This document shows, one piece after another, positions 1 to 9,924 of a DNA stretch of 64,000 nt. The DNA comes from an uncultured Alphaproteobacteria bacterium (GTDB taxonomy: Bacteria; Pseudomonadota; Alphaproteobacteria; Rhizobiales; Aestuariivirgaceae). The DNA is taken from assembly GCA_937870685.1 (NCBI GenBank), contig CALMZX010000144.1, positions 859 to 64,858 on the forward strand, in the 5' to 3' direction. The notes beneath the pieces are model-generated. The model made no database searches. It was not told the DNA's origin and saw only the letters and a list, made by a program, of their open reading frames with translations. Both the position numbers and the translations under genes were made by a program. Positions within the stretch are counted from its first letter, which is position 1; each line of letters starts with the position of its first letter.

Positions 1-1
1 C

Positions 2-928
2 CTCCTGGCGCTGGCGTGCGGCCTCAACTGCAAGGGCGCGGCTGCGGGCCAGGTCCAATGCCATGTCGGCAAATTGCCAGCGGATGCCCTGCCGGGCAGA
101 AAGCGGTTCACCTCCAATCACGCGTTCGGCCGCATAGGCCGTTGCGGCGTCAAAGGCGGCCTGGGCAATGCCAAGGCACATGGCAGCGACTTCGATGCGG
201 CCATTGTCGAGCACGCGCATGGCAGTCTTGAAGCCCTGGCCTTCGCTGCCGAGCAGGCTGTCGGCTGGCAGCAGGCAATCGAAGGCCAGCGGGAAGACAT
301 GGCCGCCTTTCAGTCCCATTGTGCGTTCCGGCTTTCCGGCGCTGAAGCCCGGTGTGCCGCGCGGCAAGATGAAGGCGGACATGCCGCGGTGGCCGGCTTG
401 CGGGTTGGTCACGGCATAGACGATGATGAAGTCCGCTTCGCCGCCATTGGAGATGAAGCATTTGCTGCCGGTGAGCCGCCAGCCATCGCCCTCACGGGTG
501 GCGCGGGTCTTCATGTCGGCGGGATCGGAGCCTGCGGTTGGCTCGGTGAGGGCGAAGGCCCCCAGTGTTTCACCTGCTGCGGCACGCGGCAACCATGTGG
601 CGCGCTGCGCTTCCGTTCCACCCAACAGAATCGAGTCGGTTGCGAGATAGTGTGCCGTGAGAGCCGAAACGGTGGAGCCGCAGGCCCCGGCCACCGTTTC
701 AACAATGGCAAGCAGAGCCTTGGCGGTTATGCCCGGTCCGCCGCAGGACTCCGGCAGGTTGGCGCCCAGCACGCCAAGGCTGGCAAGACCCTGCAGTTGC
801 TCGCGCACGAAGGTTGCCTGTTCGTCCACGGCGGCGGCCTTTGGCGCGATGTAGTCACCACAAAAGCGCTGCAACGCCTCAATGAAGGCGGCCTCGCCGC
901 TGTCCAGTCCGGGCCATTTCTCAATCAT
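2..928 (-). CDS. Acyl-CoA dehydrogenase family protein (3' end runs off the window)
   Basis: Not in the ORF track because it is truncated. Manual translation from ATG at 928: MIEKWPGLDSGEAAFIEALQRF...AFALTEPTAGSD...GSKCFISNGGEAD...RQGIRWQFADM (ACAD signatures). Start overlaps the CoA-transferase stop by 8 nt. Confidence 0.9.
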   Translation of the reverse strand, partial: MIEKWPGLDSGEAAFIEALQRFCGDYIAPKAAAVDEQATFVREQLQGLASLGVLGANLPESCGGPGITAKALLAIVETVAGACGSTVSALTAHYLATDSILLGGTEAQRATWLPRAAAGETLGAFALTEPTAGSDPADMKTRATREGDGWRLTGSKCFISNGGEADFIIVYAVTNPQAGHRGMSAFILPRGTPGFSAGKPERTMGLKGGHVFPLAFDCLLPADSLLGSEGQGFKTAMRVLDNGRIEVAAMCLGIAQAAFDAATAYAAERVIGGEPLSARQGIRWQFADMALDLARSRALAVEAARQRQE

Positions 929-2066
929 GTCGGTCTCCCGCCGGACGGAGTGCATCCAGAATTTCCTGCGTGTGTTCACCCAGTGCCGGGGCGGGCGCGC
1001 CGGCTTGTGGCTTTGTTCCGTCGAACCACACGGGCTGCGGCACCACGGCGGTGCCGCCCAGCACGGAAATGACTTCGCGGGCCCGCACCTGCTCGCTGTT
1101 TGCCGCCTCCCTGAAAGACTGGATGGGGGCGACGGGAATGCCCGCGCCTTCCAGCGCTTCAACGATGGCCGCGACGGTGCGTTCCGCGCTCCATGCCTCG
1201 ATCATTGCCTTGAGAGCGGGTTCATTCCGGGTGCGGGCTTCATCACTGGCAAAGCGCGTGTCCTGATCCAATCCGGGCCTGCCGATCAGCGCGGCAAAGA
1301 GGGTGAAGTGCTTTTCATTGAGAACGGCCACGGCAAACATGCCGTCGCAGGCACGGTAACAGCCGAAGGGGGTGGAGAGCGGATGGCGGTTGCCGACGCG
1401 GCGCGGTTCGCGCTTGCCATAGAACAACTGGGCATGGGCGGTAGGCAGCAGGGCGAAGAGCGCGTCATGCATGGCGACATCCAGTGTCGCGCCCTCACCG
1501 GTGCGTTCACGCTTGAGCAGGGCCGCAAGAATGGCCCAACTGGCAAACAGGCCTCCGGCAAGATCAGCGATGCTTTCACCGACCTTGAGCGGAACTGCGT
1601 CTTCATCGCCATTGACGGACATCATGCCTGAGAGCGCCTGCACGACCAGATCATAGGCGGGCTTTGCCGTCCATGGCCCGGTCTGGCCGAAGCCCGAGAT
1701 GGAGGCGTAGACAAGTGACGGTTTGCGGGCACGAAGTGTTGCGGCGTCCAGCCCGAGTTTCGCCGCCACGCCCGGCCGGAAGTTCTCGACGACCGCATCG
1801 CAGGTCAGTGCCAGTTCCTGCGCGGTGGCAATTCCTGCCTCCGTCTTCAGGTCCAGCACGATGGAGCGCTTGCCCCGGTTGGTGAGCTGGAAGAGGGCAC
1901 TCTTGTCATCGAGGAATGGTCCGATGTGGCGGTATTCATCTCCGCCGGGCGGTTCGAGCTTGATCACCTCGGCACCGAGATCGGCGAGCAGTGCCGTGCA
2001 GTAGGGGCCCGCCAGCACGCGGGTCAGATCGAAAATGCGAAAGCCCGAGAGCGGTCCGTCAGCCAT
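921..2066 (-). CDS. Family III CoA-transferase (CaiB/BaiF)
   Basis: DLTRVLAGPYCTALLADLGAEVIKLE, ENFRPG and IADLAGG (catalytic Asp position) motifs. Confidence 0.92.
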   Translation of the reverse strand: MADGPLSGFRIFDLTRVLAGPYCTALLADLGAEVIKLEPPGGDEYRHIGPFLDDKSALFQLTNRGKRSIVLDLKTEAGIATAQELALTCDAVVENFRPGVAAKLGLDAATLRARKPSLVYASISGFGQTGPWTAKPAYDLVVQALSGMMSVNGDEDAVPLKVGESIADLAGGLFASWAILAALLKRERTGEGATLDVAMHDALFALLPTAHAQLFYGKREPRRVGNRHPLSTPFGCYRACDGMFAVAVLNEKHFTLFAALIGRPGLDQDTRFASDEARTRNEPALKAMIEAWSAERTVAAIVEALEGAGIPVAPIQSFREAANSEQVRAREVISVLGGTAVVPQPVWFDGTKPQAGAPAPALGEHTQEILDALRPAGDRHD

Positions 2067-2865
2067 GGGGCTTCATCTCCAGGACAAGTTGGTGCAGGGC
2101 CGTCAGCACATCCGCAAGCACGCCGCGCAGCCGTGTGGCCTTTGTCTGGCTGAGCGTCCATGGTGGCGCTTCCGTCTCCAGATAGGTGGATTGCGCCAGT
2201 TCCATCTGGACGGCATGGACGTTGTGGTCCGGTCTGCCATAGTGACGCGTGGTCCAGCCGCCCTTGAAGCGGCCATTGCGCACGGAAGTGTAGCCCAACG
2301 CCGCCACACAGTGTCGCGCCATGCTGTCTTCGATTTCGGCTGCGCAGGTGCGGCCTGTGTCGGTGCCGATGTTGAAGTCGGGCAGGCGGCCTTCGAACAG
2401 GAAGGGAATGTGCGAGCGGATGGAGTGGCAGTCGTAAAGGATGGCGATGCCATGCAGGGCTTTGACACGCGCGATTTCGGCAGAGAGCGCCGCGTGATAG
2501 GGCGCGTGAAACAAGGCAAGGCGCTGGCGGATGTCCTCTGCCGATGGTGCCTCGCTCTCCCGCCAGATTGCCCTGCCATCAAAATCCGTTGTTGGCACAA
2601 GGCCGGTGGTGTTCTGGCCGGGATAGAGGCTTGTGCCGGCAGGATCGCGGTTGGCGTCGATTACATAGCGGTGGAACGTCGCCTGCACCGTGGTCGCCTC
2701 TGGCAGAAGGCCGTCATAGAGCCTGTCGATGTGCCAGTCGGTGTCGGCAAGGAGGTGGCCATTGTCGTTCAGACCCCGGGCAATGTCTTCGGGCACATCC
2801 GTTCCCGTGTGCGGGAAGGCGAGGATGACGGGTGACTGTCCCTGCCGCACGCGCACCGTTTCCAC
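2059..2865 (-). CDS. hutG: N-formylglutamate deformylase/amidohydrolase
   Basis: FPHTGTDVP, DTDWHIDRLY, YDCHSIRS, RFKGGWTTRHYG, AVQMELAQ motifs. Likely GTG start at 2865, just after the hutH stop. Confidence 0.92.
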   Translation of the reverse strand: METVRVRQGQSPVILAFPHTGTDVPEDIARGLNDNGHLLADTDWHIDRLYDGLLPEATTVQATFHRYVIDANRDPAGTSLYPGQNTTGLVPTTDFDGRAIWRESEAPSAEDIRQRLALFHAPYHAALSAEIARVKALHGIAILYDCHSIRSHIPFLFEGRLPDFNIGTDTGRTCAAEIEDSMARHCVAALGYTSVRNGRFKGGWTTRHYGRPDHNVHAVQMELAQSTYLETEAPPWTLSQTKATRLRGVLADVLTALHQLVLEMKPHG

Positions 2866-2866
2866 C

Positions 2867-4402
2867 TCATCCCTCCAGCGCGGGGAGAATGGCGGCGGCA
2901 ACCGTTAAAGTGATCCCGCCGGAGGAGACCAAGTCGCGTGCGGTGGCAAGATCCTTCGCCATGTAGCGGTCGTCTTCCAGTGTCGGCACAGCGGCACGGA
3001 TTGTCCTGATCACAGCCTCAAGCTGCGGACTGGTCTTGAGCGGGCCCCTGAGTTCCACGCCCTGTACGGCGCACAGTGCCTCGATGCCGAGAATGGTGAA
3101 GAGGTTCTCTGTCATCGGCAGCAGGCGGCGCGCTCCATGGCAGGCCATGGAGACGTGGTCTTCCTGGTTGGCGGAGGTGGGTGTTGAATCAACAGAGGCG
3201 GGATGCGCCATCTGCTTGTTCTCGGACATCAGGGCGGCCGAGGTGACTTCCGCAATCATCAGGCCGGAGTTGAGGCCGGGATGGCGCGAAAGGAACGGCG
3301 GCAGGCCGTAGGAGAGCGCCGGATCGACAAGGAGCGCGATGCGGCGCTGGGCGATGGCGCCAATCTCGCAGACGGCAAGCGCGATCTGGTCGGCGGCAAA
3401 GGCCACGGGTTCGGCATGGAAGTTTCCGCCGGAGACAACACTGTTGTCGGCCAGCACCAGCGGGTTGTCGGTAACAGCATTGGCCTCGATTTCCAGTGTG
3501 CGGGCCACCATGCGCAGGAGATCGAGACAGGCGCCATCCACCTGCGGCTGGCAGCGGATGCAATAGGGGTCCTGCACGCGCTCGTCGCCTTCGATGTGAC
3601 TCTCGCGGATCACCGAGCCGTCCAGCAGGTGACGGAGTGCGGCACCGGCATCAATCTGGCCCCTGTGGCCGCGCAGGGAGTGGATGTCCGGATGGAAAGG
3701 GGCTGATGATCCCATCGCCGCATCGGTGGACATGGCGCCTGTGATGAGTGCTGCCTTCAAGGCGCGATGGGCGCGGAACAGGCCCGCCAAGGCAAGGGCT
3801 GTCGAAACCTGCGTGCCATTGATCAGGGCAAGGCCTTCCTTGGCCGCGAGAACGACAGGCGTCAATCCGGCCCTGCCCAGCGCCGCGCGGCCCGGCAGCC
3901 GTTCGCCCTGATAGAAGGCTTCGCCTTCGCCGATCATCACGGCGGTCATGTGCGCCAGCGGTGCGAGGTCACCGGAGGCCCCGACGGAACCTTTTTCGGG
4001 AATGAGCGGTGTCACGCCCTTGTGCAGCATTGCCTCGATGAGGCGCACCAGTTCGAGGCGTACACCCGAGGCACCCCGGCCCAGAGACACGAGCTTCAGG
4101 GCCATGATGAGGCGCACGACATTTTCCGGCAGCGCGTCACCCACGCCGCAGCAGTGGGAGAGAATGAGGTTGCGCTGCAGTGTTGCCACGTCGGCGGCGT
4201 CGATCTTGATCGAGGCGAGTTTGCCGAAACCGGTGTTGACGCCATAGACAGGCGCGTTGCCGCGGGCGATCTCGTCGATGCGCTTCGCCGCCCGGGCAAT
4301 GCCGACGTCGAAGGAGCGGTCGAGGCTGGCGGCAGCGCCCTCCCAATAGATGCGGCGCAACTGGTCCAGCGTCACGTGGCCGGGATGCAGGGTGATGGTC
4401 AT
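2867..4402 (-). CDS. hutH: Histidine ammonia-lyase
   Basis: [13 protein letters not shown] (His-specific SH pair), [11 protein letters not shown] (MIO-forming ASG), [20 protein letters not shown]. Start MTITLHPG at 4402 in a TGATG overlap with hutI. Confidence 0.96.
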   Translation of the reverse strand: MTITLHPGHVTLDQLRRIYWEGAAASLDRSFDVGIARAAKRIDEIARGNAPVYGVNTGFGKLASIKIDAADVATLQRNLILSHCCGVGDALPENVVRLIMALKLVSLGRGASGVRLELVRLIEAMLHKGVTPLIPEKGSVGASGDLAPLAHMTAVMIGEGEAFYQGERLPGRAALGRAGLTPVVLAAKEGLALINGTQVSTALALAGLFRAHRALKAALITGAMSTDAAMGSSAPFHPDIHSLRGHRGQIDAGAALRHLLDGSVIRESHIEGDERVQDPYCIRCQPQVDGACLDLLRMVARTLEIEANAVTDNPLVLADNSVVSGGNFHAEPVAFAADQIALAVCEIGAIAQRRIALLVDPALSYGLPPFLSRHPGLNSGLMIAEVTSAALMSENKQMAHPASVDSTPTSANQEDHVSMACHGARRLLPMTENLFTILGIEALCAVQGVELRGPLKTSPQLEAVIRTIRAAVPTLEDDRYMAKDLATARDLVSSGGITLTVAAAILPALEG

Positions 4403-5619
4403 CAGCGTGTCCTTTGTCCCTTGAAGTAGCAGCTGTGCAGCGGGTTGAAGCCGATGCGGTAGACAAGCTCCGCCAGCGTATCGACATTCCAGATGGCGAG
4501 GTCGGCAGATTTGCCGGCTTCCAGTGTTCCTGCCTCGGCGCCAATGCCAAGGGCGCATGCGGCCTCACGCGTGCTGCCTGCGATGCACTCCTCGACCGTG
4601 AGGCCGAAGAGCGTCGCCGACATGTTCATGGTGAGCAGCAGGGAGGTGAGCGGCGATGTGCCGGGATTGCAGTCTGTCGAGATGGCGATTTTCACGCCTG
4701 CGTCGCGCAGCAGCTGCACGGGCGGCTTGCGCGTTTCATGGATGGCGTAGAAGGCCCCCGGCAGCAACACCGCAACGCTGCCCGCCTCCGCCATGGCAGA
4801 GGCACCTGCTGCATCGAGATATTCAAGATGATCTGCCGAAAGGGCATTGTAGCGCGCCGCCAGTTTCGCGCCGCCCATGTCGGACAATTGCTCGGCATGC
4901 AGCTTGACGGGCAGGCCAAGCGCCTTTGCCCTGTCGAAGACACGGGCCATCTCGTCCGTGGTGAAGGCAATGCGCTCGCAGAAACCATCGACGGCATCAA
5001 CGAGGCCTTCCGCCTGGGCGAGGTCGAGGCCCGGCAGCACCACGTCCGTGACATAGTCGCCGTTGCGGCCCTTGTAGGCAGCGGGTGTTGCGTGGGCGGC
5101 GAGATAGCTTGTCTTGACGCGGACAGGGCGCAGTCCGGCCACCTTCCGGGCGGCTCGCAGCATGCGCAATTCGCCATCGATCGAAAGGCCATAGCCGGAC
5201 TTGATCTCAAGCGTCGTCACACCTTCGGCCAACAAGGTGTCAATGCGTGGCAGGCTTGCGGCCGCCAGTTCATCCACGCCGAGTGCGTTGGTGGCCTGCA
5301 CCGAGGAGACAATGCCGCCGCCAGCACGGGCGATTTCTTCATAGCTGGCGCCAGCAAGCCGCATTTCAAATTCGCGGGCGCGGTGGCCGCCGTGCACGAT
5401 GTGGGTGTGGCAATCGACAAGGCCAGGCGTCACCCAGCGGCCTTCGAGGTTGATGGGTTCGGCGCTGTTCCGCGGCAGGTCAGCCTCGGGACCGGCATAG
5501 GCGATCCTGCCGTTCTCGATCAGGACGGCACCGCGCTCAATGAGGCCAAGGCCCGGAGTGCCGGGCGCAAGGCAGGCAAGGCGGGCGTTGCCGAGGCAGA
5601 TGCTTGGGGGAGGTGACAT
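4402..5619 (-). CDS. hutI: Imidazolonepropionase
   Basis: [43 protein letters not shown] motifs. Confidence 0.95.
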   Translation of the reverse strand: MSPPPSICLGNARLACLAPGTPGLGLIERGAVLIENGRIAYAGPEADLPRNSAEPINLEGRWVTPGLVDCHTHIVHGGHRAREFEMRLAGASYEEIARAGGGIVSSVQATNALGVDELAAASLPRIDTLLAEGVTTLEIKSGYGLSIDGELRMLRAARKVAGLRPVRVKTSYLAAHATPAAYKGRNGDYVTDVVLPGLDLAQAEGLVDAVDGFCERIAFTTDEMARVFDRAKALGLPVKLHAEQLSDMGGAKLAARYNALSADHLEYLDAAGASAMAEAGSVAVLLPGAFYAIHETRKPPVQLLRDAGVKIAISTDCNPGTSPLTSLLLTMNMSATLFGLTVEECIAGSTREAACALGIGAEAGTLEAGKSADLAIWNVDTLAELVYRIGFNPLHSCYFKGQRTR

Positions 5620-5652
5620 GAAACAATCCCGGTGAGCGTGCTGTTGCTCTTT

Positions 5653-5666
5653 TATGTATAGACATA
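5653..5666. promoter_or_regulatory. Putative HutC operator in the divergent hutI/hutF spacer
   Basis: Near-palindrome TATGTATAGACATA resembles the known HutC-type box (TGTATATACA core); hutC is adjacent. Confidence 0.7.
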
Positions 5667-5731
5667 TTACGACCCATGCAATAGGATTCTGTCATCGCAC
5701 CTGAACACCCGTTGCCGTAGCGAGGACCGCC

Positions 5732-7081
5732 ATGACATTTCTCTTTGCCGAGTCTGCCCTGCTGCCCACCGGTTGGCACAGCATGGTCCGCATCCGCGTG
5801 CAGGATGGCCTCATTGCTTCCGTTGAATCAGGTGCAGCACCGCAGCCCGAAGATGAAAGGCATGCGGTGCTGGTGCCGGGTCTCGGTAATCTGCATTCCC
5901 ATGCCTTCCAGCGCGGCATGGCCGGGCTGGCGGAGGTGCGCGGCCCCGGCGACGACAGCTTCTGGAGCTGGCGCAAGATCATGTATGGCTTTGCCCTTGC
6001 CATCGCGCCGGACCAGCTGGAGGCCGTTGCAGCACAGCTTTATGTGGAAATGCTGGAGGCCGGTTACACGCGCGTCGGCGAGTTCCACTACCTGCATCAC
6101 GATGTGGATGGCCGCCCCTATGCACGCCTCGCCGAACTGGCGGAACGGATCGCGGCGGCCTCTGCTGAAACCGGACTGGCGCTGACACTGCTTCCGGTCT
6201 TCTATGCCCATGCAGGATTTGGCGGCAGGGAACCGCAGCCCGCGCAACGGCGATTCATCACCTCGCCTGATCTCTATGCGCGCCTCGTTTCGGACTGCCG
6301 GGGCATCACGCAAGCCCTGCCGGGTGGAAAGACCGGCGTGGCGCCGCACAGCCTGCGCGCCGTGACGCCGGATGAATTGAAAGCCATCCTGCCGCTGTCG
6401 GAACAGGGGCCTATTCACATTCACATCGCCGAACAGGTGCAGGAGGTGGAGGATTGCGTGGCCTGGTCCGGCCAGCGTCCGGTGGACTGGCTGCTGGGTC
6501 ACATGCCGGTCAATGACAGGTGGACCCTCATCCACGCCACGCACATGACGGAGAAGGAAACCGCTGGCATGGCCGCCGCCAAGGCCGTGGCGGGTCTCTG
6601 CCCGGTGACGGAAGCCAATCTGGGCGATGGTGTGTTTCCAGCCAACCGCTTTCTGGGGGCAGGTGGCCGCTTTGGCGTGGGTTCGGATTCAAACGTGTTC
6701 GTTTCCCTCCCCGAAGAGCTGCGGCAGCTTGAGTATTCACAGCGCCTCTTTCACCGCTCGCGCAATGTGATTGCCGCTCCCGGCCAATCCACGGGCGAAA
6801 GGCTGTTCAGGGAAGCGGTGGCCGGTGGCGCGCAGTCGTTGCAGGGTGGCGGCCCCATTGCCATGGGCAACGACGCCGACCTTGTCTCCCTTGATCTGTC
6901 GGCCTGTGATCATCTCCCGGCCTCAGCCAGTCTCGACCAGTGGATCTTCGCACGTGGCGTCAGTGTCGACTGTGTCTGGGCGCGCGGCGTGAAGCGCGTG
7001 AAACAGGGGCGGCATGCGGCGCGCGACGCAATCGCCTCGCGCTTCAGGGCCGTCATGCGCAGCCTTGCGGAGAAGATGTGA
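5732..7081 (+). CDS. hutF: Formimidoylglutamate deiminase
   Basis: NLHSHAFQRGMAG, VGEFHYLHH, APHSLRAV, HIHIAEQ, CPVTEANLGDG, GSDSN motifs. Confidence 0.95.
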   Translation: MTFLFAESALLPTGWHSMVRIRVQDGLIASVESGAAPQPEDERHAVLVPGLGNLHSHAFQRGMAGLAEVRGPGDDSFWSWRKIMYGFALAIAPDQLEAVAAQLYVEMLEAGYTRVGEFHYLHHDVDGRPYARLAELAERIAAASAETGLALTLLPVFYAHAGFGGREPQPAQRRFITSPDLYARLVSDCRGITQALPGGKTGVAPHSLRAVTPDELKAILPLSEQGPIHIHIAEQVQEVEDCVAWSGQRPVDWLLGHMPVNDRWTLIHATHMTEKETAGMAAAKAVAGLCPVTEANLGDGVFPANRFLGAGGRFGVGSDSNVFVSLPEELRQLEYSQRLFHRSRNVIAAPGQSTGERLFREAVAGGAQSLQGGGPIAMGNDADLVSLDLSACDHLPASASLDQWIFARGVSVDCVWARGVKRVKQGRHAARDAIASRFRAVMRSLAEKM

Positions 7082-7112
7082 TGAAACATCGCAGGCTCCG
7101 GGGCAGTCGGCC

Positions 7113-7850
7113 ATGATCCGGAACGCAAAGCGCGCTCCCGCCGCGAGCCTGCACCAGCGCATCCTCTCTGACCTTGAGCACAGAATCGTCTCGGGCCAAT
7201 GGCCGCCGGGGCACCGCCTGCCGTTCGAGGTCGATCTGGCGGAGTCCTACAAGGTCTCGCGCATGACCGTGAACAAGGTGCTGACGCAGATGGCAGGCGC
7301 CGGCCTCATCGAGCGCCGCCGGAAGCTCGGCAGTTTCGTGGCGCAGCCGCAGGCGCAGTCCGCCATTCTTGAAATCCATGACATCGAAACGGAAGTGCGG
7401 TCACTCAATCTCGCCTATGACTACCGCCTTCTGGAACAGGCAAAGCGAATGGCGTCGGCGGATGACATCGCGAACTTCGGCCTTGCCCGCAAAGCTGGCG
7501 TTCTCGCCAGCAGGAGCCTGCATCTCGCGGGCGGGGTGCCCTTCTGCCTGGAAGACCGACTCATCAATCTCGCGGTGGTGCCGCAAGCAGCCGATGCAGA
7601 TTTCAGCCAGACGCCACCGGGCACATGGCTCACCCGTCAGGTGCCGTGGAGCACGGCGGAGCACACCATCCGCGCCATCGCGGCCGATCCCGCGCTGGCC
7701 CGCGCCCTGTCGATTCCGAAACATGCGCCATGCCTCGTGGTGCAGCGCCGCACCTGGAACGGCGAGGGGCCCGTCACCTTCGCGCGCTTCTCCTATCCGG
7801 CGGACAAACATGTGGTGGTGGCGCGCTTCACACCTGCGTCCTCCACCTGA
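7113..7850 (+). CDS. hutC: Histidine utilisation repressor (GntR/UTRA)
   Basis: wHTH (IVSGQWPPGHRLPFE...VSRMTVNK) plus UTRA domain (VPWSTAEHTI); located in the hut cluster. Confidence 0.9.
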   Translation: MIRNAKRAPAASLHQRILSDLEHRIVSGQWPPGHRLPFEVDLAESYKVSRMTVNKVLTQMAGAGLIERRRKLGSFVAQPQAQSAILEIHDIETEVRSLNLAYDYRLLEQAKRMASADDIANFGLARKAGVLASRSLHLAGGVPFCLEDRLINLAVVPQAADADFSQTPPGTWLTRQVPWSTAEHTIRAIAADPALARALSIPKHAPCLVVQRRTWNGEGPVTFARFSYPADKHVVVARFTPASST

Positions 7851-7932
7851 AGGCGCTCATGAAATGGGGTCGGCATGGTGATGACGGTAGCTCCATACTT
7901 TCTGTTGCGCTGCGGTACGGCTGGGCAGGCCT

Positions 7933-7946
7933 TTGATCTTCATCAA
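7933..7946. promoter_or_regulatory. FNR/FixK-type binding site
   Basis: Perfect TTGAT-N4-ATCAA (TTGATCTTCATCAA), 100 bp upstream of the oxidoreductase gamma-subunit start. Confidence 0.8.
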
Positions 7947-8045
7947 AGTCAACGCCGCCGATCAGGGCCATAGGAAACGGTCACACGCAGCCGCAGGCGA
8001 TTGGGCGGCCCGTGGCATGGTCCTTGGCTCCTCTCGGGGGTGTTG

Positions 8046-8648
8046 ATGTTTCAGGTGCGAATACATGGCCGTGGCGGCCAGGGCGTCGTCACCGCAGCGG
8101 AAATGCTCTCCGTTGCGGCCTTCATCGAGGGGCGGCACGCCCAGGCCTTTCCCAGTTTCGGCTCGGAACGCATGGGGGCACCTGTCGTTGCCTTCTGCCG
8201 CATTTCCGACCGCGAGATACGGCTGCGCGAACCGATCCAGACGCCCGATGCGCTGATCGTGCAGGACGTCACACTGTTCCGGGCCATGGATGTGCTGGAA
8301 GGCCTCTCGCCGTCGGGCTACCTGCTGGTCAACACCGGCAAGGGCTTCGCGGACATCCATCAGGAAGCTGCGGCGGCGCGCCTGCCGCCCGGCCACGCCC
8401 AGACCATTGGTGCCACGGAGCTGGCGCTCGCGCATGTGGGGCGCCCTGCTCCCAACACGTCATTGCTCGGGGCCTTCACGGCGCTCTCCGGTCTCGTCTC
8501 GCTCGAATCCGTCCTGGAAGCCATCCGCCGCACCTTTCCCGGAAAGGTGGGCGAGGCCAATGTGATCGCGGCGCGCGCCGCCCATGATCTGGTGGCAGCG
8601 CGCATGGCACCGGACATGCAAACCCGAAAGGATGCAGCCCATGCTTGA
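8046..8648 (+). CDS. porC: 2-oxoacid:acceptor oxidoreductase, gamma subunit
   Basis: RIHGRGGQGVVTAAE, FPSFGSERMGAPV, PNTSLLGA motifs. Confidence 0.9.
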   Translation: MFQVRIHGRGGQGVVTAAEMLSVAAFIEGRHAQAFPSFGSERMGAPVVAFCRISDREIRLREPIQTPDALIVQDVTLFRAMDVLEGLSPSGYLLVNTGKGFADIHQEAAAARLPPGHAQTIGATELALAHVGRPAPNTSLLGAFTALSGLVSLESVLEAIRRTFPGKVGEANVIAARAAHDLVAARMAPDMQTRKDAAHA

Positions 8649-9924
8649 ACAGCTGGAAGGCTCAAAGGCCATGGCCAAGGTGATCGGCCTGTGCCGTCCG
8701 CAGGTGGTCTGCGCCTATCCGATCACGCCGCAGACCCATATCGTTGAAGGCCTGGGTGAACTGGTCCGCACAGGCGACGTGCAGAACTGCGAGTTCATCA
8801 ATGTGGAAAGCGAGTTCGCGGCGCTCTCCGTTGCCATCGGGGCCTCCGCCGCCGGGGCGCGGGCCTACACGGCGACGGCGAGCCAGGGCCTGCTCTTCAT
8901 GGCGGAGGCGGTTTACAATGCGGCGGGCCTCGGCCTTCCCATCGTCATGACGCTGGGCAACCGCGCCATCGGTGCTCCCATCAACATCTGGAACGACCAC
9001 TCTGATGCCATGGCGCTGCGCGAGGCGGGCTGGTTCCAGCTCTTTGCCGAGAACAACCAGGAAGCCGCCGATCTGCACATCATCGCCTTCAGGCTGGCGG
9101 AAGAGCTGTCGGTGCCCACGATGGTCTGTGTTGACGGCTTCATCCTCACCCATGCCATGGAGCGGATTGACATTCCCGAGCAGGCGCAGGTCGATACCTA
9201 TCTGCCGCCCTATGAGCCGGTGCAGGTGCTGGACCCGGAAGACCCCATCTCCATCGGTGCCATGGTCGGGCCGGATGCCTTCACCGAGGTGCGCTACCTG
9301 CAATTCTACAAGCAGCAGACCGCCTTCCGTCTCATCGAAAAACTGGCGCATGACTTCAAGAAGCAGTTTGGCCGTGCGGCAGGCGGTCTCCTGCGGACCT
9401 ACAGCATGGATGAAGCCGAGACGGTTGTCGTGGCCATGGGTTCGGTCAATGGCACCATCAAGGACGTGATCGACGAGATGCGCGCCGACGGCATCCTGAT
9501 CGGCCTCGTCTGCCTCATCACCTTCCGGCCCTTCCCCACGCGGGCGCTGCAGGAAGCGCTGTCCCATGCCAAGGATGTGATCGTCATCGACAAGGCACTG
9601 GATGCGGGCATGGGCGGGCCGCTGGCCAGCAACATTGCCATTGCACTGCGCAACCTCGCGCAGACACCCAACATGCATTCGGTGGTGGCAGGGCTGGGCG
9701 GCCGCCCGGTCACCAAGGCAGCACTGCACCGCGTCTTCCGCCAGGCCGTCATCCAGCCATGGGATGGACCGCATTTCCTTGATCTCAACGAACGGGTGAT
9801 CGCGCGCGAAATCCACCGCAAGGGCAAAGCGCGGCGCTCCGGGCCATCGGCGGAAAACGTGCTCAAGCTGCTGGAACGTGAACGGGCCGAAAAGATCGCA
9901 GCGGCAGAGGGAACCGGCCGATGA
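8641..9924 (+). CDS. porA: Pyruvate-type 2-oxoacid oxidoreductase, alpha subunit
   Basis: AYPITPQT, VESEFAA, TATASQGL, NRAIGAP motifs. Confidence 0.9.
   Translation: MLEQLEGSKAMAKVIGLCRPQVVCAYPITPQTHIVEGLGELVRTGDVQNCEFINVESEFAALSVAIGASAAGARAYTATASQGLLFMAEAVYNAAGLGLPIVMTLGNRAIGAPINIWNDHSDAMALREAGWFQLFAENNQEAADLHIIAFRLAEELSVPTMVCVDGFILTHAMERIDIPEQAQVDTYLPPYEPVQVLDPEDPISIGAMVGPDAFTEVRYLQFYKQQTAFRLIEKLAHDFKKQFGRAAGGLLRTYSMDEAETVVVAMGSVNGTIKDVIDEMRADGILIGLVCLITFRPFPTRALQEALSHAKDVIVIDKALDAGMGGPLASNIAIALRNLAQTPNMHSVVAGLGGRPVTKAALHRVFRQAVIQPWDGPHFLDLNERVIAREIHRKGKARRSGPSAENVLKLLERERAEKIAAAEGTGR

Noticed and set aside
74-1631. Long plus-strand ORFs (74-1072, 882-1631) and many similar antisense ORFs elsewhere (e.g. 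32873-35044, 27248-29701, 61525-63753)
   Set aside because: Shadow frames opposite well-supported genes in high-GC DNA; no recognisable motifs.
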